This document shows positions 18,501 to 27,814 of a stretch of DNA of 64,000 nucleotides, one piece after another. A model generated the notes under the pieces. The model worked only from the letters and a program-made list of their open reading frames with translations, did no database searches and had not been told where the DNA came from. A program made the position numbers and the translations under genes. Each line of letters opens with the position of its first letter. The first letter of the stretch is position 1. Source of the stretch: an uncultured virus (IMG/VR IMGVR_UViG_3300029448_000020) (taxonomy: Duplodnaviria > Heunggongvirae > Uroviricota > Caudoviricetes > Crassvirales). The stretch is taken from IMG/VR virus record IMGVR_UViG_3300029448_000020, positions 1-64,000 of that record; one strand, written 5' to 3'.

Positions 18501-21500
18501 TAATTTTACCTGTTAATTGTTTTATTATTAAATCGTTTTGGATAGGTATTAATCTTTCTATTTGAACGTCAGTTAATTTTTTGACATTAGTACCAACACC
18601 AAAGTATTCTGCTATAGTTTGATTAGTACCAACTATTTCTAATTCATTTAAATTAACACCTTGAATAGCTAATCTAACTACAGCACCCATCCCATCTTCT
18701 AGTTTAAGTTCACCACTAATAACTCTAGGCAGAATATCATCAAACCAAACGTCTGGCGCACCATTTTTTAAACCAATTTTTTCACCGTAAATATTTTTGC
18801 TACCATCATTAATTAAATTGTCAGCTTCTATAGTTATACTTCCTTGCATCATAGAAGCTCTTATACCAACAAACGCTTTTTCAACATTACCTTCCATAGC
18901 AGCAAATAGCAAGGCAGAATGTATTTGATTAGCCGGGTGGTTGTGCTCTTCTCGCATGTTAGCCTTATAATTAGGCTTTCTTGTTTTTTGATCTATAGTG
19001 CGTATTTTATATGGAAAAGACACTCTAACTGTACTACCCATACCAGCGGAACCACCGTCTTGATAAAAAGATATAAATAATGCCGCTGCCTCAGGATTTG
19101 TTTTTAAAAACTCTTGTATTGCTACAAAATAATCTTTAAGATTATCTAGTTTATTGTCTTCTACAGCTTGTTGTTTTTCACTTAAGTTTATTTTTTTAGG
19201 TTGTTGTTTTTTATTCTTTAAGTAACCATGTCTAATTAACTTTATTTCGCTTTCAGTTAAAGAAAATGAGTCTTTGATCATGTTCATAAAAAATTCCTCA
19301 CTTCCATAAGTAGATCTACTAACACCACCTAATCCAGATTTCATTAAGTAATCTCTAAACTGAGGGTTTTCTTGTAAGAATTGTATAGTAAATCTTATTT
19401 TAGCCTCTATAACTGATTCTCCAGTGTTTTCATCGAATACACCATTATAAGTGGCTTTATCACCTTCGTATCTAATAAAGCTTTCTAGTTTACCAACTGG
19501 TATTTTAGACTTTTTAGACCAATGTTTAACCAAGTCATTGGCACCCATATAAAAACCTTCTTTGTGTTTTTCACTAAACATAACCTCAGATCGACCTCTA
19601 CCTATTTCTTTCATAGATGGTTTATCTAATCTTATTTGTTGATTAGCACCTAATGCAGCTAGTTGGATAACAAACTCTCTTATAGCTCCATCAAACTTAG
19701 TGCCTTTACTTGTGGGATTACCATCTTGATCCATTCCAAATAACTTAAAGAAATCTTCATTTGGCGCACTTTGTATTTTATCAAATCTATTTTTTTGACC
19801 TAATGATTTTATTGCTCCTTTACCAACCTCAACTCTCTTACCACTATCTCTATAAAATTCATTAAGTTTAGTATTAGCCACGCCAGTAGCTCTACCGTCT
19901 TCATCTTGAGCTTCAGGTAATATGTCTATTAAATTGTTATCTTTAGCTATTTCAGCTATCTTTTTTCTAGCAGCGCTTCTTTGTTGTCCATCTAAATCTA
20001 TGTTTTTAGAAAGCTTATTAACAGGTATACCAAATTCATTACTAAACAACTCTAACACTGGAACTAATGGTCCATTTTTAACTAGTGCTTTAGTTTTCTT
20101 GTATGATTTTTCTTTTTCTAATTTAGTCAAATCAGCATTGTCAGTAATTTCTTGTATATTATCAGGTTTTACTCCAACAATTTTAGATACTTTCTTACCA
20201 TCAACTTGTTTGGTTGCAGCGGTTGATGGTGTAGATTTTTTATCAGCAGCATCAAATCCAGCCTCCTGCAAAGCATCAAGTGAAAATGAATCTATTTGAT
20301 CTTTTAGTGATTCTAATATTTGACCATATCTTCTAGGTAGTATATCATTTACGTAAGCGCCAAACTCAGGGTTAACACTTGGATCCCATGAGTTAGCTAG
20401 TGTTATTAATTGTTCTATAAATCCACTTTGCCAATCTTGTTTTGGTATAGCTTTAGAAATATAATTAGGCACACCAGCGTCTCTAAGATTTCTTATTCCA
20501 GATTCATAAGCGTTTTTAGCTAGTTTGTTTGCTATAGCTAAATTATTCATGACTAAACCCTCTCTAATTCTAGGTGTAACAGCGTCTCTTAGGTTTTTTC
20601 TATTTATACCCTTTTTATCAGCTTGATCAACAACTTGACCATATAGATTTTTATTTTCATTAACTATCTGAACAGTGTTTTTCTTTAAAGCCTCAGACAT
20701 TTTTGCATCACGAGTCTTAGTGTCCTTACCAACAATAGATTCCATCGTTTTTGTTGTTTCAGCTATACTACTTCTACCTATAGCTTTTCTTTCTTTCATT
20801 GTTAGAGTACCAGCTTTAATTTTCTTAGCTAGCTGAGTAACAAATGTAACAGCGTCTGTTTCACCTTCAAAATTAAAATCAACATCTGATTTAGTTGCTT
20901 TTTTAATACCATTTCCAAACATCCAACCCATTAACGCACCTACACCTGTGTTCTTTTCAGATTTAAGGTCAAATTTTCCTTCAGCTACCAACTCCATGAA
21001 AACAGTTAAAGTTTCCTCTGGATCCATTCTACTACCATCGTTTCTAGTTGTATAAGCAACTAACACCTTATGTAGATTTGGATTATGTATTTGAACATGT
21101 TGCTCTATTTGTGCTGCCATACCAGCAAAAGCTTCGGGATTACTAGAAAATGCCTCTCCAAATATAGTATGACCAAGCTCATGTGTCCTTGTTTCTAGCC
21201 TATCATCTTTAGCCATATTTTCTACAACTTGAAGAGAAATAAACTTACCATCTGTAGTAGGTAGATTTACACCATGACCACCGTTTTGAATACCTTTGAT
21301 TGCTTTGTTTTTAGCTTCTTCAGAAACGTTTTCTAAATTACTTATATCTTCTACTGCCTGATTAACTGTTTGAGAGTTAATCATTGATTGAGCTAAACCA
21401 GTTTTCTTTCTTCTTTCGTTAAAAGCTTGATTTATTTCTTGAGTGTTATATATTATTCTAGCTTCTTCTTGTATTTGCTTGTCACTTATGTTAGTCTTAC

Positions 21501-24435
21501 CATCTTGAATTAACTTGTTTTCTGCTTTTTTGAATATGTTGTTTTTTCTATCTATATCAACTTTGTCTTGACTATTTATAAATCCATTGAATTTATTACC
21601 AAAAGCATTTTCATCACGTAGTGCTTCTACTAAGGTTTGGTTTTGTGCAAATTGTTTTTCAAGATTATTTAAAGCTTTGTTTTTGGTGTCATTATCCATA
21701 TTTTTATTGTTGATGATTTTTTCAGCATCAAGTCTTATGGATTGTTGTTTTGTTATTAATTTTAAATATTGTTCTGTCCACTTGGGTGATAAATTTTTTA
21801 ACTTCCCTTCTAAATTATCTAATATTTGTTTGTTCTCGTTTTTTAAATCATTAAGTTGTTTTTCTAAAACTTTTTTAGTTCCAACATCATAATTCATTTC
21901 ATCTAGATCTTTTTGCAAATCACTTATTTCAGATAAATTATGCCTATACTTTCTACTTGTTTTTGGATCAGAAAATTGGTTCATAACCAAACCTTTCATA
22001 AACGGTGTTCCGCTAAACATATAACCAAACATACCACCACTAAAAGCAGCGTGGCCCATATTTTCTGTTATTGGTTTACCTGTAAAAATATTCTGCGAAC
22101 CAGTAGTAAGAACCTCTGACATAGTTTCTAAAGCTGGATCATATAATAATTGTCTTTTACCATTTTTTATAAAGTGCTGTTTAATGCCATCTAAGCCTTT
22201 TAATAAATTACTTTTATTACCATACATAGACTTCCAACCTCTCTTCATAACTGGTAAGGTCAAAAACCTATCAAACACAACCTCAGCACCACCATATGCC
22301 GCACTGGTTATAGCTTTTTTAAACAGCGAGTTCTGTATCATTCCATCACTCTGCTCTTCTTCTTTTACCATTTCTAACCAGTTTTCTCCAGAACTACTAT
22401 ACCCAAGCATTGGTATACCTATTGTTGGTATAGCTAGCGTGGCAAATATAGCGCCTTGATTAGCAAACTCTTGAGCAACAAATGTTCCAAAGTTTTCAAC
22501 ACTAAAAGCATCTTCAAATGCTACGTCTTTTTGAAATACATTTCTAGCATCTTGCGTAGCCTTTTCTACTTGAAGCATGGTTTTGTCTAAACGCCTATCA
22601 TCAATACCCATTACTGAACCAGTTAATTTATACCCTCCATATGCCGCTTTATTAAAAATATCTAAAAACCCACTACTTAATGTAGTAACAAATTTTTCTC
22701 CATTGTTATAGTTTCTTTGTATAAGGTTATTTTTGTAATCACTATTCTCCATTTTATCAAGCATAGGCACCATACTTTCATCATACCATGTTTCATAATC
22801 TGTTTCTAGTGTTTTTATTTCATTTAAATTCTTGTTAAAGTTTTCTAAAACTTCTCTAGGAATTTTTCTACCATCTTTTAATGTTACAGCATAAGATTCA
22901 TCTTGAAGTCTTGTTAAATCACCCTTGTATTCTTTGTTTATGTCATTAACTTTATTTTCTATTTGAACTAAATGTTCATTATAAAGTTCTTTAGCTTTTT
23001 CAACTAGTTTATCTTGATCTATACCAGGATTTTCTTTTTGAACTTTTCTAACAAAATAGCTAGGATCAATTTGCTCTGGCATCCTGCTAGTATAGTGTTC
23101 TTCTATTTTTTGAATTTCACTATCCATATCCTCGTCAGTCCAAGACTCGTCACTTGATAGATGCCACATAGCTGTTGGATCGTTTAAAAAATCTATAACA
23201 GGTTTTGCTTCAATGTATTTTCTTTTTATTACGTCTGATTTAGCTTCATTAGCTATTTCAAGAGACTTAAGTTCTTTAGCTTCTTTTATATTAGCTAATC
23301 TAGCACCAATTTTTATATCGTTAATTGTACCAGTATATGAAGTACCAACTTCACTAGGATCAGCCTCACCTTTTTTATCTATAAGCAAAGAGCCAATAAA
23401 ACTATATCCCTCTACATCCTTAGAGTTCATTAGTTCAAACATTTTTTGATCTTGCAACTTATCAATGTCTTGCTTAATCATGTTTTGCTTAGCTCTTTCT
23501 TTTATTTCATTTTGTTCTGGGTTTTTATTACCCTCAGCTTTAAGTTGATTTTTAGCTAATTTTAATTCACTTTCATAAGGTTGAACTTTAGTTGATGTAG
23601 TTCTCATCCCATCTCTAGAATAATCGCTAGTAACAAGCTCCGGTTTGAATATATCTACATCGTTGCCATCGTTGTCTTTGTAATTATATTTAGATTCAAT
23701 TTCTTTTTTGTCTGCTTCACTTACGTGCAAAGGACCGTCTTTAACAGAAAGTCTTTCATAATCACTTATTAATATATTTTGATTTTCTTTAGTTTTTAAA
23801 ATATCTTCTTGACTTAGATTATTTTTTAAAAACTTAAACAACTCATTTCTTGAGTTTCTTTTTTTAAGACTAGTGTCAAAATCTGTTTTTTCTTGAAACC
23901 TACCTGGACCAAGCCCAACATCAATAACAGTTTCTTTGCCAGTTTCTTTGTGCTTAATTTTTACTTTATTTAAATTTTGAGCATCAAAAGTTTTCTCAAA
24001 CTCAAAAACATTACCATATATAGATTCCATTTGATCTATAAAGTCATCATGATTTTGATCATATATTGTGTTGTCAAGTAGATAATCATAAGCACCATCA
24101 TGCTTAATAGATTCGTTCTTTATTGTTTGAACATTTTGATTATCAATATCGTTATTTTTTAAATCTCTTTGTGATTTTTCCCATTTAATATACTCTGGGC
24201 TATCGGAAGGTAGTGATTTAACCATTTCTTCGTACGACTGTACGGTGGTTGGATCTATTTTAGGATCAACTTTTATTTCAGTTGATTTTTTTGCTTGTTC
24301 TTTTTCTAATTTAATTTGCTTTCGCAATGCGGCTTCTTCTTCTTTGCTATTAACTGTATATTCTTGACCGTCTATTGTTATCACATAAGAAGTATCGTCT
24401 TTTGGCGATTGCTCTTTTTTTGTTTCTTCTGCCAT
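15544..24435 (-). CDS. giant (2963 aa) polyvalent internal-virion/ejection protein with zincin, sigma-R2-like, HAD and C-terminal Cys/His repeats
   Basis: THELGH, WDPSVNPEFGAYV, AFDFDETV..ILTAR..FVDD, two C...NGQRC...C.HH/H repeats; follows the tail and ejection genes. Confidence 0.75.
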   Translation of the reverse strand: MAEETKKEQSPKDDTSYVITIDGQEYTVNSKEEEAALRKQIKLEKEQAKKSTEIKVDPKIDPTTVQSYEEMVKSLPSDSPEYIKWEKSQRDLKNNDIDNQNVQTIKNESIKHDGAYDYLLDNTIYDQNHDDFIDQMESIYGNVFEFEKTFDAQNLNKVKIKHKETGKETVIDVGLGPGRFQEKTDFDTSLKKRNSRNELFKFLKNNLSQEDILKTKENQNILISDYERLSVKDGPLHVSEADKKEIESKYNYKDNDGNDVDIFKPELVTSDYSRDGMRTTSTKVQPYESELKLAKNQLKAEGNKNPEQNEIKERAKQNMIKQDIDKLQDQKMFELMNSKDVEGYSFIGSLLIDKKGEADPSEVGTSYTGTINDIKIGARLANIKEAKELKSLEIANEAKSDVIKRKYIEAKPVIDFLNDPTAMWHLSSDESWTDEDMDSEIQKIEEHYTSRMPEQIDPSYFVRKVQKENPGIDQDKLVEKAKELYNEHLVQIENKVNDINKEYKGDLTRLQDESYAVTLKDGRKIPREVLENFNKNLNEIKTLETDYETWYDESMVPMLDKMENSDYKNNLIQRNYNNGEKFVTTLSSGFLDIFNKAAYGGYKLTGSVMGIDDRRLDKTMLQVEKATQDARNVFQKDVAFEDAFSVENFGTFVAQEFANQGAIFATLAIPTIGIPMLGYSSSGENWLEMVKEEEQSDGMIQNSLFKKAITSAAYGGAEVVFDRFLTLPVMKRGWKSMYGNKSNLLKGLDGIKQHFIKNGKRQLLYDPALETMSEVLTTGSQNIFTGKPITENMGHAAFSGGMFGYMFSGTPFMKGLVMNQFSDPKTSRKYRHNLSEISDLQKDLDEMNYDVGTKKVLEKQLNDLKNENKQILDNLEGKLKNLSPKWTEQYLKLITKQQSIRLDAEKIINNKNMDNDTKNKALNNLEKQFAQNQTLVEALRDENAFGNKFNGFINSQDKVDIDRKNNIFKKAENKLIQDGKTNISDKQIQEEARIIYNTQEINQAFNERRKKTGLAQSMINSQTVNQAVEDISNLENVSEEAKNKAIKGIQNGGHGVNLPTTDGKFISLQVVENMAKDDRLETRTHELGHTIFGEAFSSNPEAFAGMAAQIEQHVQIHNPNLHKVLVAYTTRNDGSRMDPEETLTVFMELVAEGKFDLKSEKNTGVGALMGWMFGNGIKKATKSDVDFNFEGETDAVTFVTQLAKKIKAGTLTMKERKAIGRSSIAETTKTMESIVGKDTKTRDAKMSEALKKNTVQIVNENKNLYGQVVDQADKKGINRKNLRDAVTPRIREGLVMNNLAIANKLAKNAYESGIRNLRDAGVPNYISKAIPKQDWQSGFIEQLITLANSWDPSVNPEFGAYVNDILPRRYGQILESLKDQIDSFSLDALQEAGFDAADKKSTPSTAATKQVDGKKVSKIVGVKPDNIQEITDNADLTKLEKEKSYKKTKALVKNGPLVPVLELFSNEFGIPVNKLSKNIDLDGQQRSAARKKIAEIAKDNNLIDILPEAQDEDGRATGVANTKLNEFYRDSGKRVEVGKGAIKSLGQKNRFDKIQSAPNEDFFKLFGMDQDGNPTSKGTKFDGAIREFVIQLAALGANQQIRLDKPSMKEIGRGRSEVMFSEKHKEGFYMGANDLVKHWSKKSKIPVGKLESFIRYEGDKATYNGVFDENTGESVIEAKIRFTIQFLQENPQFRDYLMKSGLGGVSRSTYGSEEFFMNMIKDSFSLTESEIKLIRHGYLKNKKQQPKKINLSEKQQAVEDNKLDNLKDYFVAIQEFLKTNPEAAALFISFYQDGGSAGMGSTVRVSFPYKIRTIDQKTRKPNYKANMREEHNHPANQIHSALLFAAMEGNVEKAFVGIRASMMQGSITIEADNLINDGSKNIYGEKIGLKNGAPDVWFDDILPRVISGELKLEDGMGAVVRLAIQGVNLNELEIVGTNQTIAEYFGVGTNVKKLTDVQIERLIPIQNDLIIKQLTGKITKQKAIKGIQAAVKIKWSKSQSQVNNIFNAIKAQKNIVKHSQTGKTKGMSAFDFDETVGVSENYIIAKKGKETKKIASNEWPMVGDQLAKEGWDFDFTDFNKVTKGKPGPLLQKMKNQIKKYGPNNVFILTARAPESQKAIHDWLRSEGVYIPIKNVTGLGNSTGQAKADWMLEKFAEGYNDMYFVDDALPNVKAVKNVLDQLDIKSKVVQAKVKLSGSHSVDFNKMIERTSGVGFEKVFSRGEAIVRGKGIGKWDLFVPPSAEDFKGLMYKFLGKGKQGDKDMKWFKDNLFDPFAKGIRTWNTYKQNMSNEYSALKKRNPKLVKTLDDKVPGTSFTVDTAIRTYLWNKNGMEIPGMAETTKKKLLSHVNKNADLINFAETLGIISRAQDGYTQPSEFWMVESIASDLFNTVKIGRQQFLGDWINNKNEIFSKDNLNKIEAIHGSGFRDALENILYRMENGTNRVLGKDKTVNKFVNWVNGSVGAIMFLNVRSAALQTISTVNFINWGDNNIFKASKAFANIPQFSKDFATIFNSDMLKQRRGGSQIDIAHSELADAFSQSRGSVESVIRWMLEKGFAPTRIADSFAISFGGASFYRNRINTYIKNGKSQAEAESQAFLDFQEIAEETQQSSRPDLISGQQAGVLGRIILPFQNTPMQMTRLMKKAALDLKNGRGDTRTNISKIIYYGAVQNLIFGALQSGLAFALFGGDDDEDDERKRTQGIRVLDGAIDTLLRGTGVYGAAIAALKNTLKQWKYETEQPWAKRDDIRIALQAVSLSPPMGSKLRKLNQAIKSEKYNKGVSKQIGFRIENPNLSIASSLVEGLTNFPMARIQHKMNNLEEAITGNHDLWKRVALSTGWSMWSLGVKDEELERAKADAKKERRESQKIEKEKRKAEDKKAEDERKKKEGIKTVQCSGIRSNGQRCSLTTETKAKTWKCIHHMDFKDGMDRDNDGIKEYRCTAIKTNGQRCNNKTENKNKKCYAHQ

Positions 24436-24471
24436 ACTGTATCGTTAGTTACCCGTAATTAATAATTTGTT

Positions 24472-25548
24472 TTAAGCTAATTTTTCGTTAGAAATGCCTT
24501 GCTCTTTTGTTGGATTAGGTCTATTCTTTTTACCCATATTCCATTGTTTTTCTAAAAATGATGTAAAGTATTCAGCTATTTCATCATCTAGTACACTTTT
24601 GTATTCTTTTCTTTCTATAATTGCATCAGCTATTTTCTTTGATTCTTCATAGTTGATACCATCATTTGGATTAACACCTTCTAGTTGTAGTCCTAATTTA
24701 GCGTATGTATTAGATGATATTTTATCAACAAAATCATTGTAAAATATTCTACCTGCAACCATCTCATCATAAATTAAAGACTTAGGATTATCTGCTCCAT
24801 CAATTATATTTCTTTTTACTTGTTGTTTAGCTGCAGCTCTAGGAAAAGACATGTTGTCAGCTGGATTAGTTTGAGATGATTTACTTATATAATTATTACC
24901 CATTGAGGTAACAGCATCTTTAGTTGCTTTGTCTACTAATTTTATTTTACTTTTTAAATTAGGTATAGCAACCCACTCTTCTCCACTACTATCTATAGTC
25001 TGAACTAGTTTATTTCTTTCTGTTATGTATTGATCTGCGTACAACTTTTGTGTGTCTATATTAGCGTTGTTATACTCATCGTCTAGCTTAACTAATGTTT
25101 CTTTAGCTATTTCTGCAGACTTAAAGTTAGGCATCATTATCCCTAATTCTTCTTTGTGAGGACAATGTTGTTCACCTGGGCAAACTTTTTCTACTAATCT
25201 AACTTCATCTTTTAGTAAACGCATAACAGCTTTACCATCGGGTGAATCACTCCACGTGTTCATTAAAGCTTTTGTGTTGTAAGCTGCGGCAACATCTTGT
25301 CTAAAGTTTTTGTAAGCACCAATGTTCTGAGCCCACATATTTAATTGTCTTTTTATTAGACCTCTTTTAGTTTTGTCACCATCTACATACTCTTGTTTTT
25401 TAGCTGCTAAGGATTCAGATATAGCGTTATACTCACCACCTGGTAGTTCACCGTCTGTATCTAGCACTGTTCTAACAAGTGCATCATGTTCTGGATTTGT
25501 TTTTCTATTTAACATATTAAAATATTTTATTATGAAACACCTGGACAA
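24472..25548 (-). CDS. putative internal virion protein
   Basis: Helical ORF between the ejection paralog and the giant protein; true start may be MLNRK. Confidence 0.55.
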   Translation of the reverse strand: MSRCFIIKYFNMLNRKTNPEHDALVRTVLDTDGELPGGEYNAISESLAAKKQEYVDGDKTKRGLIKRQLNMWAQNIGAYKNFRQDVAAAYNTKALMNTWSDSPDGKAVMRLLKDEVRLVEKVCPGEQHCPHKEELGIMMPNFKSAEIAKETLVKLDDEYNNANIDTQKLYADQYITERNKLVQTIDSSGEEWVAIPNLKSKIKLVDKATKDAVTSMGNNYISKSSQTNPADNMSFPRAAAKQQVKRNIIDGADNPKSLIYDEMVAGRIFYNDFVDKISSNTYAKLGLQLEGVNPNDGINYEESKKIADAIIERKEYKSVLDDEIAEYFTSFLEKQWNMGKKNRPNPTKEQGISNEKLA

Positions 25549-26321
25549 CTTGGGTAATTTGCGTAATATTCTGCTCTTTCTTCGCTTTCTTGTCTTAACC
25601 TATCAAACTCCGCTTGTGCTTCTGGTGATATTGTATCTTCCAATGCGGCGCCTTTTCTTTCATTACCAAACTCTCCTTCAGACGAAGAAAATCTTTCACC
25701 AGAAGAAGCACCAACTCTACCTTTAAGTATACTACCAACAGCTGTAACACCTCCAGCAATTGCATCCCATTTTGCTTGATTCGCTGCAGCAGCTTGTTCT
25801 CTATAAGCTGCTACCTCTTGTTGCGACATTCCAAGCAATGTTGACTGTTTGTCTCTTTCTGCGTTTCTAGACCATATTTCACCTTCTCTTTCTTTATCTT
25901 GCAAATTAGCTGCCATATTTCTTTCAGCCATTTGATTCTGTTTTTCTTGTTGACCAATTTTAGCCGCAGATGATTGTGAAGCAATTTGACCTTGAGTAGC
26001 TAGAGCTTGTGCGACAGACGCTATACCTGAGCTACCCGCAGCTTCTCTTAATCCACCTAAAACGTTAGCTTGGCTTTGTCCAAATTGTTGCTTTTCTAGA
26101 TCGTATTGTCTTTGGTTTATTGTTAGATCCTCCATTGTATTTTCCATATCAGTGTAAGGATTGCTAGTATCTAAAGAAGAATAAGCGTCTTTTAATCTAT
26201 CCATTTCCACCTCAGCTTTAGAAGCTTTTCTTTCAGCTTGTCTTTTAGCCTTATTAGCGCTAATTGCGCCTAACGCAGCACCACCAACAGATATCCCTAA
26301 ACCTACTAATGCAAATGACAT
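25530..26321 (-). CDS. putative ejection/internal virion protein (syntenic copy)
   Basis: MSFALVGLGISVGGAALGA plus Gln-rich coiled coil; position after the tail genes. Confidence 0.65.
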   Translation of the reverse strand: MSFALVGLGISVGGAALGAISANKAKRQAERKASKAEVEMDRLKDAYSSLDTSNPYTDMENTMEDLTINQRQYDLEKQQFGQSQANVLGGLREAAGSSGIASVAQALATQGQIASQSSAAKIGQQEKQNQMAERNMAANLQDKEREGEIWSRNAERDKQSTLLGMSQQEVAAYREQAAAANQAKWDAIAGGVTAVGSILKGRVGASSGERFSSSEGEFGNERKGAALEDTISPEAQAEFDRLRQESEERAEYYANYPSCPGVS

Positions 26322-26322
26322 A

Positions 26323-26877
26323 TTAAGAGTATCTCATGTTATCTTTCCAGCCCTTGCTTTTTCTATCTTCGAATTTATTTAACTTCATATCTTTTTTGAT
26401 GTCCTTTTTACCTGCTCTATAGCTATCACCATATAAAACTCCAGCTGTTTCACCAACATCTCTAGACATATCACCAAGGGCTCTAGCTTTTGCTATTTGC
26501 CCATATTTAGCCGTACCTTTTCCAGATGCGGCATCATAGGCTCCTCTAACTAATATAGCATCAGTTTTGTAAGGAGTATAACCTTCTTTTTTAGGCATTG
26601 GACCTCCACCATATAAAGCTCCACCTGGAGGAAGATTTGATACATTCATTTTACCCATCATTCTTTGATTTGCCATCATTTGTGCTTCTCGACCAGTCAT
26701 ACCACCACCTTCACCTGGTTGTATTCCAACCGCTTGCTGTGCACCACCACCAAACACCTTGTTTATTCCACCAACCATTTTTTTACCAAGTCCTTTTAAA
26801 AACTTATTTGGTGATGGTTTGTTACCTGATCTCATTGAAAAAGGAATTGAACCTCTACTTTTACTTGTTCTCGCCAT
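26323..26877 (-). CDS. Gly/Lys/Met-rich low-complexity protein
   Basis: PFSMRSGNKPSP and GYTPY tag-like motifs. Confidence 0.6.
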   Translation of the reverse strand: MARTSKSRGSIPFSMRSGNKPSPNKFLKGLGKKMVGGINKVFGGGAQQAVGIQPGEGGGMTGREAQMMANQRMMGKMNVSNLPPGGALYGGGPMPKKEGYTPYKTDAILVRGAYDAASGKGTAKYGQIAKARALGDMSRDVGETAGVLYGDSYRAGKKDIKKDMKLNKFEDRKSKGWKDNMRYS

Positions 26878-27358
26878 TTGTATATTTTTTATATTCTTCG
26901 TAACTTATTGCTACGATTTGTTTTTCTAATTCTTCAACATCATTAATGTTGTCTGGGTTTTTGTGAGTATTATACCAGTGAGATTCTTTGTGTGCGTAAA
27001 GTATTCTTTTCTCTCCCGGTTCTGATATTATATAACATGGAGCAATATACTCTTTTACTCCTGATGAGCTAGCAACACTTAAATGTCCTTCTAATAAAAA
27101 ACACATATGTTTGTGTTTGTGTATAGCTCCAATAACAATATATCCTTGAAACATTGTCATTTTTCTTATGTAAACACCATCCATGAAAAAATGATCAATT
27201 GGTATTTGATCATTATCGTTAAGTATTGGTTTGTCTTTTGTTCCAGCCAAAATTGACTTACCATCAGCAATTGATTTTAAGTCATTTTCTAATTTTGTAA
27301 CCGCTGTTTCAAAATTTTTACCAACACCAAAGTCTGGCATTTTTTGTATTTCACTCAT
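26861..27358 (-). CDS. cupin-fold protein
   Basis: HFFMDGVYIRKM..GAIHKHKH..LLEG..SEPGEKR. Confidence 0.65.
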   Translation of the reverse strand: MSEIQKMPDFGVGKNFETAVTKLENDLKSIADGKSILAGTKDKPILNDNDQIPIDHFFMDGVYIRKMTMFQGYIVIGAIHKHKHMCFLLEGHLSVASSSGVKEYIAPCYIISEPGEKRILYAHKESHWYNTHKNPDNINDVEELEKQIVAISYEEYKKYTNGENK

Positions 27359-27404
27359 TTAATTAAATTTAACTAGTAATATAGTTACATTTTTTGTATA
27401 TTAT

Positions 27405-27803
27405 TTAGCTGCTACTTACGTTGATGTTACATGAAGCAGCAAACAGCTCTGCTTTTTCTTTAGAGTTATTTTCAAATCTAAACTTACCGTAGTAACCTAC
27501 TATTGAAGCTTCATTAACTTCTCTGCTTTTTCCAAAAAATATAAAGTCCCCAGCTTGTGGAGCTGGCGTTGATTCACCTATACTACATATTAATGTCCAT
27601 GTAGCTGTGTTATTAACGTCTCCATCTAAAGCTGTTGTTACTATATCGTTTATAACGCCTATCTCTACACAATCCTCGTTACTAATATTAACGTTAAATC
27701 CACCAACTAAAGTATTAGCTGGTATGTAGTATGCTATATCACCAGGTTGTACAGATGCGTTTAATACGACACTTGCTCCTAATTGTAAATTTATTATTGC
27801 CAT
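27405..27803 (-). CDS. tail-associated protein
   Basis: NASVQPGDIAYY, GYYGKFRFEN...ELFA; located in the tail module. Confidence 0.55.
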   Translation of the reverse strand: MAIINLQLGASVVLNASVQPGDIAYYIPANTLVGGFNVNISNEDCVEIGVINDIVTTALDGDVNNTATWTLICSIGESTPAPQAGDFIFFGKSREVNEASIVGYYGKFRFENNSKEKAELFAASCNINVSSS

Positions 27804-27814
27804 TGTTTATTATT

